DNA of 64,000 bases from NCBI RefSeq assembly GCF_001194135.2, contig NC_068985.1:95799341-95863340 (forward strand), read 5' to 3'. The notes under the pieces are model-generated. The model was given only the letters and a program-made list of their open reading frames with translations. It was not told where the DNA came from and searched no databases. The translations under genes and the position numbers were made by a program. Positions 23,449 to 36,320 of the stretch are shown here, one piece after another; position 1 is the stretch's first letter, and every line of letters begins with the position of its first letter. The DNA comes from Octopus bimaculoides (lineage: Eukaryota).

Positions 23449-24827
23449 GCATATCTAATGTATTGTACTCCATTAGTTCCTCTCACATCACCAATCAAAT
23501 CTTTTGCAGTTTCTGCACTGGTTTTTCTCTTCTATAAAGCATTCAACTGATATGAATAATAATTAGTTTGGTGAGGTTAACTTTGAGTGAAGAAACAAGC
23601 AACACTTGGTTTGATACTTTTTAATCACCTCTGAAAGGGTTAAAGGCAAAACTAGCTTCACCGGTATTTGAACTCAGAGGACTAAACACTTGGAAGAAAC
23701 ACTGCAAGAACTAGGTTTTTATGTTTACGTGAATAATGGTAACAACAGTGAGCAGTGAAATTTCTCAAAGATTATTTAGACACCTTGAAAAACACTTCCT
23801 TTGATGAAAGTATTTTCTAAACAAATGGATGTATAAATAAAAGGAAGAATGAGACGATAGCAAAAATAGGGGTAGCTTCACCTCGCACAATTACATATAA
23901 ATATGTTTGTTCACATGTTAGCTGAACAGGATTACATTTCCAGAAAAAACAGTTCTGTTCAATTGGCCTTTCGGTTGATTCAAAAGTTTAAAAAAAAAAA
24001 AACCCTGTTTACCTCACACATGAATAAATATATCAGACTCTATACATTACTAACACATGGNNNNNNNNNNATTTACAACTATCTCATGATGTCAAGACAA
24101 GGAGAAACAAACACACAGTTACACATACACATACAATTATCATTTTAAAGTCCACTTTTCTACGCTAGCATTGGTTGGACAGATTTTGCTGAGGCAAATT
24201 TCCAGCAGCTGGGTGCCCTTCCTGCTATCAACTCAAATATTTCAAAGCAAGGTAATATTTTCCAATGACCAGACATGTTTTTACAGAATACTGGAAACAA
24301 ATGACACTGCTTGTATAACAGTGACACTCATTTACAACTATCTCATGATGTCAAGACAAGGAGAAACAAACACACATATACTAGGGGCTTCTTTCAACTT
24401 CCGTCTACCAAGCTCAGGGATATAGCAGATGATACTTGCTCAAGGTGCTACACAGTGGGACTGAACCTGACACCATGTCATTGGAAAACAAACCTCTTAA
24501 CAGCACCTCCATGCCAAGCATGAACGTTTGTAACAAAACTTTACATCAACTGTGTGGCACTGACAGTTGCTTTGACAATGAATTAAATATGAAATAAATG
24601 AAAACTAATTAGAAAACCAATTAGCAACAACTCTACAGAAATCTATTTGAAATGTGAACCTACCAAAGTAAAACAAAAAAGATTTTAACTCCAAAGACAT
24701 GCCCAGTGAGATACCACACAGTTGATGTAAAATCATTAAAATCTAGAGTACCCAAAGAGGTAGTTAGAGGCCTATATATTTTTTGAGGTTTCTTGTAAAA
24801 TTCAAGGAATTTATGCCTCAACAGTTA

Positions 24828-25026
24828 TGAGGGAGTGCTGAAAAATTCCTGGCTTTGGGTAAAAGAAAATACAAGAGAATCAGAGAATTATGATTTTATT
24901 CAACATATTCCCTTCTCAAATTCACATACTTAATGAAACAGCCCTTCGAGGTTTTTTTAAGCCCTGTTAAAGAACCAGTTGTTTCGCAATACTCTTAAAG
25001 CCAGAAACTGTCCAGCAACCCCCTTG
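24828..25026. mobile_element. Mariner-type MITE
   Basis: TA|tgagggagtgctgaaaaattcctggcttt ... aaagccagaaactgtccagcaacccccttg|TA: imperfect ~30-bp TIRs with TA flanks. Confidence 0.7.
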
Positions 25027-25614
25027 TATATATATATACCTTCAATTATAATTAACAGTTTGGTACAAGAGCAAATGATTTTTCAACACTATTTGATTTG
25101 CAATAAAGTATTGGGATCAAATGTAGATTCTTTGTCAATATAATTAAACAAATGCCTCTTGTTACCATCATAATGAATGATATTCGTTAGAGTTCAATTA
25201 ATGATTTAATTATCAGATTACATAGTGTGTGTGTGTGTGTGTGTGTGCAACATCATAAATATCCATCAGAGCATGAATCTAATTGAATCTAGCAATAATA
25301 ATACCACTCACTACATGGATGACGACAACAACAACAAAAGCCTTCAGCTGTTGCACGCTTATGGGCTAGGTTTTACAAACAAATGGCTTTTGTTTGCTTG
25401 ACGATTTAAAGATAATTACTTGTCAAATAGTTTTATATCCAGATTACACAGTTGTTTTGACAATGAATTAAATATGAAGCAAATAAATGAAAATTAATTA
25501 GAAAATCAATTAGCAACGAGTGTGTATAAATCTATCTGAAATATGTATCTATCAAGAGGTAAAAAAAAAATTGGATTTTAGCTCCAATGTTATATCCAGT
25601 GAAGGTAAGTGGCC

Positions 25615-25810
25615 TGGTGTAGCACTCATGACTGCAAAATCATGGTTTCAATTCCCAGGCTAGGCAGTGCAGTGTTGTTGAGCAAAACATCTTCATTCCA
25701 GTTGCTCAAGTCCACTCAGCAGTATATGAGTTCCAACAATAGTTGGGAAGTTAACATGTAATAGACCAGTGTCCCATTCAGGGGTGAGTGTTCTAAGCTC
25801 TGGCCCTATG
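25615..25810 (+). mobile_element. Degenerate tRNA-derived SINE (family 4-like head)
   Basis: gtggcctggtgtagcactc...ggtttcaattcccagg...gttgctcaagtccactcagc. Confidence 0.55.
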
Positions 25811-27943
25811 AGCCTTAAGCCTCATGATAGAGCTAACCTTTGTATTCCAAGTTCAAATCATACCTTAGCCTGCTTGGGCAGAAGGCTTAACCTCTTTTCC
25901 AGTTTAATATTACCACCAGGCACCTTGGATGCCTTTAGCAAAATCTACCCAGTTGCAAGCATTTGGGCTAGGGTTCTAGCTTGAGGAGATCTTCCCTATT
26001 CCCACTAGTCTCAGGGACCCAGTAATGGACTATGGGCACTGCCTACCCACCTACCAAAAAAGAAAAAAAAACATAAATTTCATCATCGCTTAACATCCAC
26101 TCTCCCTTGCTTGCATGGATCAGATGGAATTTGTTGAAGCAGATTTTCTATAGTTAGGTGCTCTTGTTGTTGCCAACCCTCACCTGTTTCCAAGTAAGGA
26201 ATATTACCCCCATGGCTGGGCAGGTTTTCATGGAACACAGGAAATGAGCCCCCCCCCCTGCCACTTATATGACTGATGCTCATCTACAACCATTATGTGA
26301 TGTCAAGAGAAGTGCCCCCACACAAACTTACACAATGCTGGGCTTCTTTCAGTTTCTGTCTCCTAAATCCACTCACAAAGCTTTGATCAAACCACATCTT
26401 TAGTAGAAAACACTTGTCCAAGGTGCTGCAGAGTGGGACTGAACCCAAGACCTCATAGCTGGGAAGGAAGCTTAACCACACAGCCATGTCTATGCCTTAA
26501 TATGTATTTCATCCCAGTTTCCTATGGAACCCTATCCAACAAATTCAACTTCTTCCACATTTTCCACTGTTCAGGAGACATTTACTTTAGGTCAATATGA
26601 CTCAGTATATAATTGCTCACCAGTGAAAAGATATTCAGTATTGACATCATTGTACAATTGTAAAATATTTAATCATCAGTGTGTGTGTGTGTGTGTAAGA
26701 TAAGAAAAGAATACTTTAGAAATATGTAAGTGAACCGATCCGCCCAATGTGTTTTCTTTGTTTCTTCTTCCTCCACTCTGTTATGTTACACCTTCCCAAA
26801 ATGCCTCACCAAACACTTGAATGAAGTCTTTCTTCTCAGAATTACTGACTAACCTGGTTGAATTTCACAAATTTTCATTGAAATGTTGACCAATGTAAAT
26901 ATGTTAAAACAAACAAGGCTAACACGAAAATAGATTGAGAGGGACTCCAATGTCCTCACCTATACATAAAAATGTCCTCGCCTATACATAAAATAAATCA
27001 AGATTCACAATTACAAAAGCATTTTTCAAATTTCTGAAAACTTGTTCTGCCTTCCTGAGCTAGTTTTCCACCACATTTCTTAAAAATCATGGTGAAGGCC
27101 TTGGTCTCAGGACCACTCATGTCTAGAAACTGAGGTTGGGGGTAAGCAAGGGCATGCTCCACATAGAAAATCCAGCTCCAAAAAAAAACCCTTGTGATAG
27201 CAAAGGAGAATGGACACCAGTCAAACCAAAGGTTGGGGTGGGCTGCACCTGCGTACCTTGGTTGCTATGGCATTGAGGTAGATCTGGCCACCCCTATTAA
27301 TGGGGACAAGACCCAGATTTAAAACACTTGATGATGATGATGTCATTAAAGAACGTACATTCTTGTATATTTACCCACTCTTGCATCACTACACTACTTT
27401 GACAAATACAGTAAAGTCTCTTTCTGATGAGGCTATAAGACTGAAACAGGTACAGAGTTGCCTCCCATATTGGCTAAAATAAACGTTAGTCATAGACTAA
27501 TACTATTTCTTTTTAATTAGCTTCTTATTTCTTTGTACATTTAATATGTTAATACTAACTTAACAAGTGTTAACTGATGTTGTCCAAGTTATTAACACTA
27601 AAACATAATTAGTCTATGTAAACAGAGTAAGCTTTGTAGCAAAATGGTGTTGTATTAATTGCTGTATTCTAATGACACCATTTTAGTAGTGGAAGTCAAT
27701 ATAAAAGATTTGCTCAGTTACATTCATCCAACAGTAAACAAGAGAAAGGAATGACAACTATTAAATTTACGGATAACGATGAGCAATTATAACAGCTATT
27801 TCACTTCTAAAATATTAAACAAGATATAATAATAAAGAGCTTTTTAGTTCACAGCTCAAGTAGAGAAAGCTATGTCATTATTAAAGTTTACAGTATGATA
27901 CATATCAGAGTTATTTATTCACTTCTAGAGCATTAAACAAGCT

Positions 27944-27968
<25 letters not shown>

Positions 27969-27974
<6 letters not shown>

Positions 27975-29098
27975 GAGCACTCAGAGAGCACAAACCTCTG
28001 CCAACGCAACACCAACATCCTCTCAACAATTAACTGGAGAGGATTTTCAAAATGAGAATATCATCGTTTAACGTCCGCTTTCCATGCTAGCATGGGTTGG
28101 ACGATTTGATTGAGGACTGGCGAGCCAGATGGCTACACCAGGCTCTAATCTGATCAGGCAGAGTTTCTACAGCTGGATGCCCTTCCTAACGCCAACCACT
28201 CTGAGAGTGTAGTGGGTGCTTTTACGTGCCACCGGCACAAGGGCCAGTCTCGCGGTACTGGCAACGGCCACACTCAAGTGGTGTTTTTTTACGTGCCACC
28301 TACACAGGAGCCAGTCCAGTGGCACTGGCCACGACCTCGCTCGAATGTTTTTCATGTGCCACCAGTACAAGTGCCAGTAAGGCGACGCTGGTAACGATCA
28401 TGTTCAAATGGTGCCTTTTACATGCCACTGGCACAGAAGCCATTCAGCTGCTCTGGCAACAATCACGCTCAGATGGTAACTGGAGATGATCTTTAAAATG
28501 AGAATATCTGAAATAAGACCCTTCAATGAATATCATGAGACCTTTTGGTTTTCTCTTCTCTTAAATTCTGGGCTTCCTTTAGAAATCCTGTTGTCTTAGA
28601 TCGATGTATAGAATTATGTATATATGTAAGTATACTGTAAAGTGTTAAAATGTATGTATAATCTCCTAATATAATAATGATCATTGTCTTTTTATATATA
28701 TATATATAAATAGAGCTGGAGTGAGAGGTAAAGGTAGAGGAGATAAATGGCAAAGAGACTATTGTATGAATGAGAAAGGAAGGGGTGATAGATGAATAAT
28801 GAAGGTAGGAGTGTAAAAGCTGATAAACAGTTTGAAGTGTGTGTATATATGTGTGTGTGTGTGTGCAAGTGAACTATGTGAAACTTTACATATACATGTA
28901 AGGTAAAGAAAAGATAAAAAAATAATCTAGAATCCTTGTCCGGTACCAGACCGTTCCCAAAATCTAATCAGTTTGTGCCGGTCATGAGGCCAAACTTGCC
29001 TGAAAGTTTCATCCGGATCCATCCAGTTCTTCTTCAGATATCTTGTCCACAGACAAACAAGCACGACTGAAAACAATACCTCTGCCAAAGCGGAGGTA
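27969..29098. mobile_element. Helentron/HINE-like non-autonomous element, interrupted by a family 3 insertion (28063-28476) and unrelated sequence
   Basis: Left end aacaagagcactcagagagcacaaacctctgcc. Right end gacaaacaagcacgactgaaaacaatacctctgccaaagcggaggt (terminal hairpin). A 32-bp duplication (29/32) flanks the family 3 insert. Confidence 0.55.
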
Positions 29099-29104
29099 AT
29101 AATA

Positions 29105-29697
29105 AGAATCTTTTCTATTATAGGCACAAGGCCTGAAATTTGTGGGGGAGGAGATAGTCAATTACATTCACCCCAGAACACAACTGGTACTTATTTTATC
29201 AAGGACGAAAGGCAAAGTCGACCTCTGTGGAATCTGAACTCAGGACAAAATAATAAGCATCTTTTCTACTGTAGGCACAAGGGCTGAAATTTGGGAGAAG
29301 AGGACTAATTGATTAAATCAATCCCAGTGTTTCACTGGTACTTATTTCATCAACCCTGAAAGAATAAAAGACAAAGTTGACCTCAGCGGAATTTGAACTC
29401 AGAACATAAAGAATAACGAAATGCCACTAAGCATTTTGCCTGGCATACTAACAATTCTGCCAGCTCATCACCTTAATAATAATGGTTTCAAATTTTGGCA
29501 GAAGGCCAGCAATTTCAGGGGAGGGAATGAGTTGAATACATCAATCCCCAGTGCTCAACTGGTCCTTATTTTACTGACCCTGAAAGGATGAAAGGCAAAG
29601 TCAACCTCGGCGGGATTTGAACTCAGAACATGAAACCAGGATGAAATACAGCTAGGCATTTCATCCGGTGTGTTAACAATTCTGCCAGCTCACCACC

Positions 29698-29729
<32 letters not shown>

Positions 29730-29885
29730 CCTTTCTACTATAGGCACCAGGCCTGAAATTTTGGGGGAGGAGGACTAGTCAATTACATTGACCCAAGTAC
29801 TCCACTGGTACTTAATTTATTGACCCTGAATGGATGAAAGGCTAAGTCGACCTCAGCGGAATTTGAACTCAGAACATAAAGAGCC
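29105..29885 (-). mobile_element. Head-to-tail array of about four SINE family 2 copies separated by (AAT)n tails
   Basis: The core ggcaaagtcgacctc..ggaatttgaactcag recurs at about 29215, 29375, 29600 and 29845. Confidence 0.85.
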
Positions 29886-30907
29886 GTTTATTTTACAGCT
29901 CAAATGAGAAAGCTGTGATACCAAAAGCTGTTTGTGTTACTGTTAGAGTTAATATCATTGTTTTAGCACCTCTTTTGCCATCTTGCATGGGTCAGATGGA
30001 ATTTGTTGAGCAGATTTTCTACAGCCGGTTTCCCATTCTTGTTGCTCACTATTGCCCCACGACCATGCATGCTTCCACAGAATACAGGAAATGAAAGACA
30101 CCACTCACATGACCGTGACACCTGCTTACAACTACCATGTAATGTTAAGACAAGGAGACAATCACAATCACACAAAGGGCTTCTTTCAATTTTTCTCTAT
30201 CAAATCCACTCACAACGCTTTGGTCAACCCAGGGCTGGGTTGGGAAACAAACTTTCACCACACAGCCATGCCTGTCCCTACAGCCAAAAGGTGATTATTT
30301 CACTGCCAGACTATTAAATAAGCTACAATAATGATCATCACAACAGGTTGTTCCACTGTTAAGAGATGAGAAAGTTATGACAGCCACCAGGATTATGTAT
30401 TTCACTGCTAGATCTGAACAAGTTTTTGACAACCAACTGTCAGAGCAGTTTCTTTCGTAGTTCATAAAACTGATAAACTGATGAATATCAGAGCCTGGGT
30501 TTTTTTTTTTTTTCTTTTCTCTCTCAGCTGCATCTAGTTTCTGTATAAACCACAAAGTTCTTTAAAAGTTAGTTTATAACATGAACAGTCAAGTAACTAA
30601 ATAATAATTACATCAAATGATTGTGTCTAGAAATTCTCCAAGCTAAGCTGAGAGCTATGAACACCTGAAAAGTGCAGTTCTAGACGGTGATTACAGGGAT
30701 GGTTTATCTGAGATTAATTAAGTTTCAGATGATAACAATATCAGTTAAAATATGGTACAAGACTTATTACCCAGAATGTATAAAATGCACGAGTTTTTAA
30801 AACAAAAATTATCCAAGTAAAATTAGTCTGGTAGAACAAATATTATCTCTACAGTGGTTTATCATAATAATTTAAGACAGCTGGGGAAAATATATATATT
30901 TGTGTAA

Positions 30908-31285
30908 GGCGCAGGAGTGGCTGTGTGGTAAGTAGCTTGCTTACCAACCATATGGTTCTGGGTTCATTCCCCTGCGTGTCTTCTACTATAGCCTCGGGCC
31001 GACCAAAGCCTTGTGAGTGGATTTGGTAGACAGAAACTGAAAGAAGCCCGTCATATATATGTATATATATGTATGTATGTGTGTATTTGTCCCCCCAACA
31101 TCGCTTCACAACCGATGCTGGCGTGTTTACGTCCCCGTAACTTAGCGGTTCGGCAAAAGAGATCGATAGAATAAGTACTAGGCTTCCAAAGAATAAGTCC
31201 TGGGGGTCGATTTGCTCGACTAAAAGGCGGTGCTCCAGAATGGCCGCAGTCAAATGACTGAAGCAAGTAATAAAGAGTAAAGAGA
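30908..31285 (+). mobile_element. SINE family 1, near full-length and little diverged (useful reference copy)
   Basis: ggcgcaggagtggctgtgtggtaagtagc (A box)...gggttcattccc (B box)...ggcggtgctccagaatggccgcagtcaaatgactgaagcaag. CpGs are retained. Confidence 0.9.
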
Positions 31286-32184
31286 GAGAATATTAATTCT
31301 GTAATACAACTACTGTATTTTCTGATATACAACTTGAATTTTTCACACCAAAATTTACAGTTTTAAAAATCTTCCAAGAAAATATTTTGTTATAGGAGGA
31401 GAATATTATCTTACTTTAAAACAGGAAAGGCATCCCACTGTAGAAAATCTCTCTGAGCAGATTCCATCTGACTCATGAAAATATGGAAAAGAGGACGAGG
31501 ATGTTAAACAATGAGGATGAAGGCAAAGGTATTTTAAGTGAGTAGAAAGGAAGAAGCATCTGGAACGCGACGAAGAAGTTAGTAGCAGGAAAGACATCCG
31601 ACAGCTGAAACCTCGCCAAAGCAGACAGCAAAGCTTGCACAGTCATCTGGCTTGCCTTTACATGTCAAACCATCCAACCCATGCCAGCATGGAAGACAGC
31701 CGCTAAATGATAATGATGATGGTGATTAACAATAATCCAGAATTTTAATTAACGATAATTCAGACATTAAATCACATTTTAAGGTAATATCGTTTATCAG
31801 CCTTCAAAGAGAGCCGTATTAAAAGGGGCAACAGCAAAGCGTTTGTTTCGTTTGGCACACTTTATTCAAAGTTGGTCAAATGCCACAATATAAACAAATT
31901 CTTTTTCCACACCTTTCGTTAAGCCAACAAATTTACTTATTCTTATTAATTCTTTTTATTTATGGTATGAAGAAAATTTCAAAATAATTTTCCTACAAGA
32001 AAAATAATTCCTAAGAAGTAAAAAAAAGTGAAATAGTTATAAAATTCCAAAATAGGTTCTCCCAACTTAATCTTGATATAGTTTTAAACTGCTTCAGGCT
32101 TATTTCCAATAACAGCTGGGTACAAAGTTTATTATTTCATCTAATCAATCGTTTCTCAACCATTTATGTTAAATGATGATGATG

Positions 32185-32700
32185 TGTGTGTCTGTGTTTG
32201 TCCCCCATCCATCATTTGACAACCGATGATGGTGTTTTTACGGCCCTGTGAGAGACCAATAGATTAAGTACTAGGCTTAAAAAGAATTAGTTCTGGGGTC
32301 AATTTGCTTGAATGAAGGCAGTGCTCCAGCATGGTCACAGTCAAATGACTAAAACAAGTAAAAGAATAAATAGCAAGACATAATGAAGGTGTGTGGCTGA
32401 GTAGTTCGGGTATTCAGCTCACAATCATAAGGTCACGAGTTCAGTTCCCAGAGATGCAGTGTGTCCTAGAGCAAGACACTTAATTTCACGTTGCTCCAGT
32501 CCACTCAGCTGGCAAAGATGAGTAGTACCTGTATTTCAAAAGGGGCCAGCTTTGTCACATTCCATGTCACGCTGAACTACACTAAGGGTACGCATGTCTG
32601 TGGATTACTCAGCCACTTGCATAGTAATTCCACAAGCAGGCTGCGCCGTTGATGGGATCCACTGGAATCCTTGTCATCATAAAAACGGAGCGCCACCTTT
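32185..32700 (+). mobile_element. SINE 1 3' half followed by a SINE family 4 copy (about 32385-32700)
   Basis: gaaggtgtgtggctgagtagttcgggtattcagctcacaatcataaggtcacgagttcagttccc...gagcaagacacttaatttcacgttgctccagtccactcagctggc. Confidence 0.7.
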
Positions 32701-32771
32701 CCCAACTTCCATAAGAATGTGAGGGGAAAAAAAAAGATGGTTAGCGAAGGGAGTAGAGGTGTATGTAGGAG

Positions 32772-32936
32772 TCTAGGACATTTACCCCCACGGACAATAA
32801 CCTCCCTCCAAGGACAACTACCCCTGACGACAACAGATGATTTAAAACTTCTTAATGTATTAGAGAGGGGGTAATTAACCAAGTGGGGTAATTGTCCTGG
32901 GGGTAGTTGTTGCTGGGGGAGGGTAATTGTCCTGAT
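32772..32936. mobile_element. Fold-back MITE-like element built from ggacaa(t/c)tacccc subrepeats
   Basis: Three ggacaattacccc-like units on the left and four inverted ggggtaattgtcc-like units on the right. Confidence 0.6.
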
Positions 32937-32996
32937 ACAGTATGCAGTGAGTAAAGGACAAGAGTGAAAGTGTGGTTGATAAGAAATACCAATATG

Positions 32997-33005
32997 GCGA
33001 AGGGT

Positions 33006-33050
<45 letters not shown>
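32997..33050. repeat. (GA)n microsatellite, with another at about 33390-33425
   Basis: Read directly from the sequence. Confidence 0.95.
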
Positions 33051-33053
<3 letters not shown>

Positions 33054-33386
33054 GAGTGGTTCAGGAAAGGGAATAGTTCAGAAAATGGACATTAAATGTT
33101 GATGAGGAGAAACTATTTGCCATTAGATTTTAAATTAGAAATAATCAGAACTAGGACAGTCTAGAATGTAACAAGGTCAAAAGTTCACAAATAATGCACT
33201 GCGGCACACCAGTCCAATGTTAGGAATACGTCTAGGTGTGGTGCAGATAATTTTAAAATATAATGCAAAGCTTTAGAAAATGTAATCTAAAGCTTGGTTA
33301 TCTTGAAAAACGAGTTATTGATAATTCTGTTTAACTTTCAAATGATTAATAAATGAAAGAGACCAATACAAACGTGCATATGCGTG

Positions 33387-33427
<41 letters not shown>

Positions 33428-34119
33428 TTCCTATTTAATCACAAGTGTACCACAAAATCAAAATGATTGAAAAGCATGTAATAGATTGAGGAAGCCTCTA
33501 TATGGTTATTTGATTTGAAAGAAATAACAGCCAATATCCTTCAAGTTGCACAGTACACTCATATAGAAAGGAAGGAGACACTGGATAATGTAATCACAGG
33601 TATACTGTGCTGGAAAAGAAAAAAAAAAAAAAAGGAACCTGCCTGAAACACCTTTTATCATAGATCTGCTCAATCAGAACATGTTCCATTCTTTGATACA
33701 GATCATACACAAATCACAATTTGTATCAAGTATTTGTTTTATACCCTTATAAATTAGGTGCCAGTTTAAATGGACGATCGGCATGAATGGGTTAACACCA
33801 ACAAAATGCTTAGCAACATTTTCTCTATTTTTACATTCCAATTTGAGATTTTTGCCTTTCATCCTTTTGGGGTTGATAAAATAAGTACCAGTTGAATAAT
33901 GGGGTGGATGTAATCAACTCACCCAAATTTGCTGGCCTTATGCCAAAACCTGAAATCAGTATTTAACACTCAATCACTTTCAGAGACAGTAACCAACATG
34001 ATGAAGTTATATCTAGTGAGATTTGAACCTGACAGGTGCCAGTCAACAAATTTGGCAAGTGAGATAGAAACTGAACCAAATTTGATGACTGGCACCCATA
34101 CCAGTGGAGCAATAACAGC

Positions 34120-34525
34120 ACCATCCGAGCGGGATCACTGCCAGAGCAGTGGTCTCGCTCCTGTGCCGGTGACATGTAAAAAGCACCATTTGAGCGTGAT
34201 CATTACCAGCATTGTCTTACTGGCACTTGTGCCGGTGGCGTGTGAACAAAACATTGGACCGACTCCTGTGCAGGGGACACGTAAAAAAAACACCATTTGA
34301 GCTTGACCATTGCCAGTACAGCCTGACTGGCCCTCATGCTGGTGGCATGTAAAAAGCACCCACTACACTCTCGGAGTGGTTGGCGTTAGGAAGGGCATCC
34401 AGCTGTAGAAACTCTGCCAGATGAGATTGGAGTCTGGTGTAGCCATCTGGTTCGCCAGTCCCCAGTCAAATCGTCCAACCCATGCTAGCATGGAAAGCAG
34501 ACGTTAAATGATGATGATGATGATG
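34120..34525 (+). mobile_element. Family 3 retroposon with an RTE-like (GAT)n tail. Other copies at about 31620-31720, 35285-35425, 38170-38410, 52010-52155 (+) and 59275-59700 (-)
   Basis: ggttggcgttaggaagggcatccagctgtagaaactctgccag...caacccatgctagcatggaaagcagacgttaaatgatgatgatg. Confidence 0.85.
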
Positions 34526-35799
34526 TTTAGTTTGATATTTTGTCTTAGCCATCTAACATTCTTATACTCCCAGAATTAAATTTAAAAATTTGATTTTAAA
34601 TTTGTGTTTTATTTTCTTACACTGAATTTTCAAGTAACAGTCTACCTTGTCTCTGGACATATACCATAACTTTACAACAGTTCAGTTCTCTGTGTTGTGA
34701 ATATTTTATGTCAATATATAATCCTGTCCCTTTTTTGGTTTTTTTATTTTTTTTATTTCCCCATTGCATTACTATCGGAAATTATTAATTCCATGCTGCA
34801 AATGTGATTATATCTTCAACTAATTAAATCAACCGCTGTTAGTTAATGAAGCTAATATCCAAAGAACAGCACAAGTTACAACATTAATTGGATAATTTGC
34901 TAAAACATCAAAATAAATTATTTTTTTGACATGGAAATTACGTGAAATAAGTATATATTTCTGTATGGGAATCTTTAGATCAACACATCTTTTATTTTGT
35001 GTGTGTGTGTGTGCATGTGAGAGAGAGAGGGGGGGGGGAGATAAAAGATGTTTTGATTTAAAGATTTCTATACAGAAATTATCGAGAATGATCTTTGAAA
35101 TGTGGAAGAAAATGGTTATATTTAACAGAGGATAATCCATTTTGCAGCTATCGCACCACCCATCAATGAGGTGGTTTCTACAAGTCAATCTGCTAGAAAT
35201 AGCAGCCAAATCACTCTCAAATATCTTCTGACTGTCTTAAAGAAAGGACACATTAGGCAATGTAGTTCTAAATATTAAAAAGACAGGAAGGGCAACCAGC
35301 TGTAGAAACTCTGCCAAATCAGATTGGAGCCTGGTGCAGCCACCTGGTCCACCAGTTCTCAGTTAAATCGTCCAACCCATGCCAGCATGGAAAGCGGACA
35401 TTAAACAATGATGATGATGATGACAGTCTAGTCTACTCAAAGCTGACCTAGGGCTAAACAACAAGAAAAATGTCATTTAAGGGAGTGTGGTCTTACATGA
35501 TCCTGAAACCCCTGGCAGCTGATTACAAGATTTACTGTAGCATGGATGGATAATCTTACTATTCAGAGATCCATTCTGAAGCAAACTGGCAGCTAACTTT
35601 AATGGAGTGTGGGTGATCTGGAAGAACAGGGACAATACAGTGCCATCGCAGAGTTTGAGCTCTGGTCTAACAGTTAGCTTGACAATTTTTTAATAACTCA
35701 GCTATTATAATTCCAACAAAAAGTAACAAACTTCCAAGATTCTCAAAACTTAATTCTTTAACTATTCCATGACAATATTTCTAATGAAACAGTTCCAGA

Positions 35800-36320
35800 A
35801 TAAACCTCACTGATGCTCTGGGATGCATCATTAGTGAGGTTTCTGGGGTTCCAGGGAGTTTCGAGCCTTTCAACATCAGATCCCTCTCACCCACAGTTGA
35901 CCCAATGGGGATTGATCAAGCCCTAGTTTGCATCCCAATAGTAACAAACCATTGGTCTGTCCTTTTTTTATCCAAAGTCACCTCGTGGCCTTTTCTGCAG
36001 CTTCAGCGATGGGATTTATAGCCCTCGTCCTTGCTGCACCATTAACTCCAAGCCCAGTTAGAGATTTGCAGAATAAACATCCCACAAAACCCCTAACAGC
36101 CCACTTCAATTACCTCATAACACACCTGCCAGCCCTGGTTTCTGCACTGCTCTCTCAATCCTGGTATTTGGCAAACCTCCTGTCATAAGCCTCCATCTTC
36201 CCAGGGTACAGACAGTCCCCACATGATCTGGGAATTTGGTAAGATCTCTTTGTCTGGGGAGCATGTTGTTGGTACAATGTTTTCCACAAGATCCACTCTC
36301 AGTTGCCAATTTGACCCTAT
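35800..36320 (-). mobile_element. Degenerate 3' end of a HERO-like (R2-group, restriction-like endonuclease) non-LTR retrotransposon
   Basis: Minus strand reads WQLRVDLVENIVPTTCSPDKEILPNSQIMWGLSVPWED, frameshift, EAYDRRFAKYQD*..RAGRCVMR*LKWAVRGFVGCLFCKSLTGLGVNGAARTRAINPIAEAAEKATR*LWIKKG. The 3' UTR has tctgatgttgaaaggctcgaaac and a terminal hairpin. Confidence 0.8.

Noticed and set aside
27416-27456. Plus-strand CTGATGA...GAAACAGGTA hammerhead-like string
   Set aside because: Stem II and stem I pair poorly and the stem III loop is only 2 nt and non-palindromic; probably chance.
27373-27473. Exon-like segment on the minus strand (PIWEATLYLFQSYSLIRKRLYCICQSSVVMQEW)
   Set aside because: Plausible splice sites but no recognisable homology or phase-linked partner; cannot be supported without RNA data.
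30908-30985. tRNA-like A/B boxes as real tRNA genes
   Set aside because: They are heads of multicopy SINEs, with no intact cloverleaf evident.
35845-35900. TCTGATG...GAAAC in the HERO-like 3' UTR as a hammerhead
   Set aside because: The core is CTGATGT, not CTGATGA, and the spacing cannot accommodate both stems I and II.
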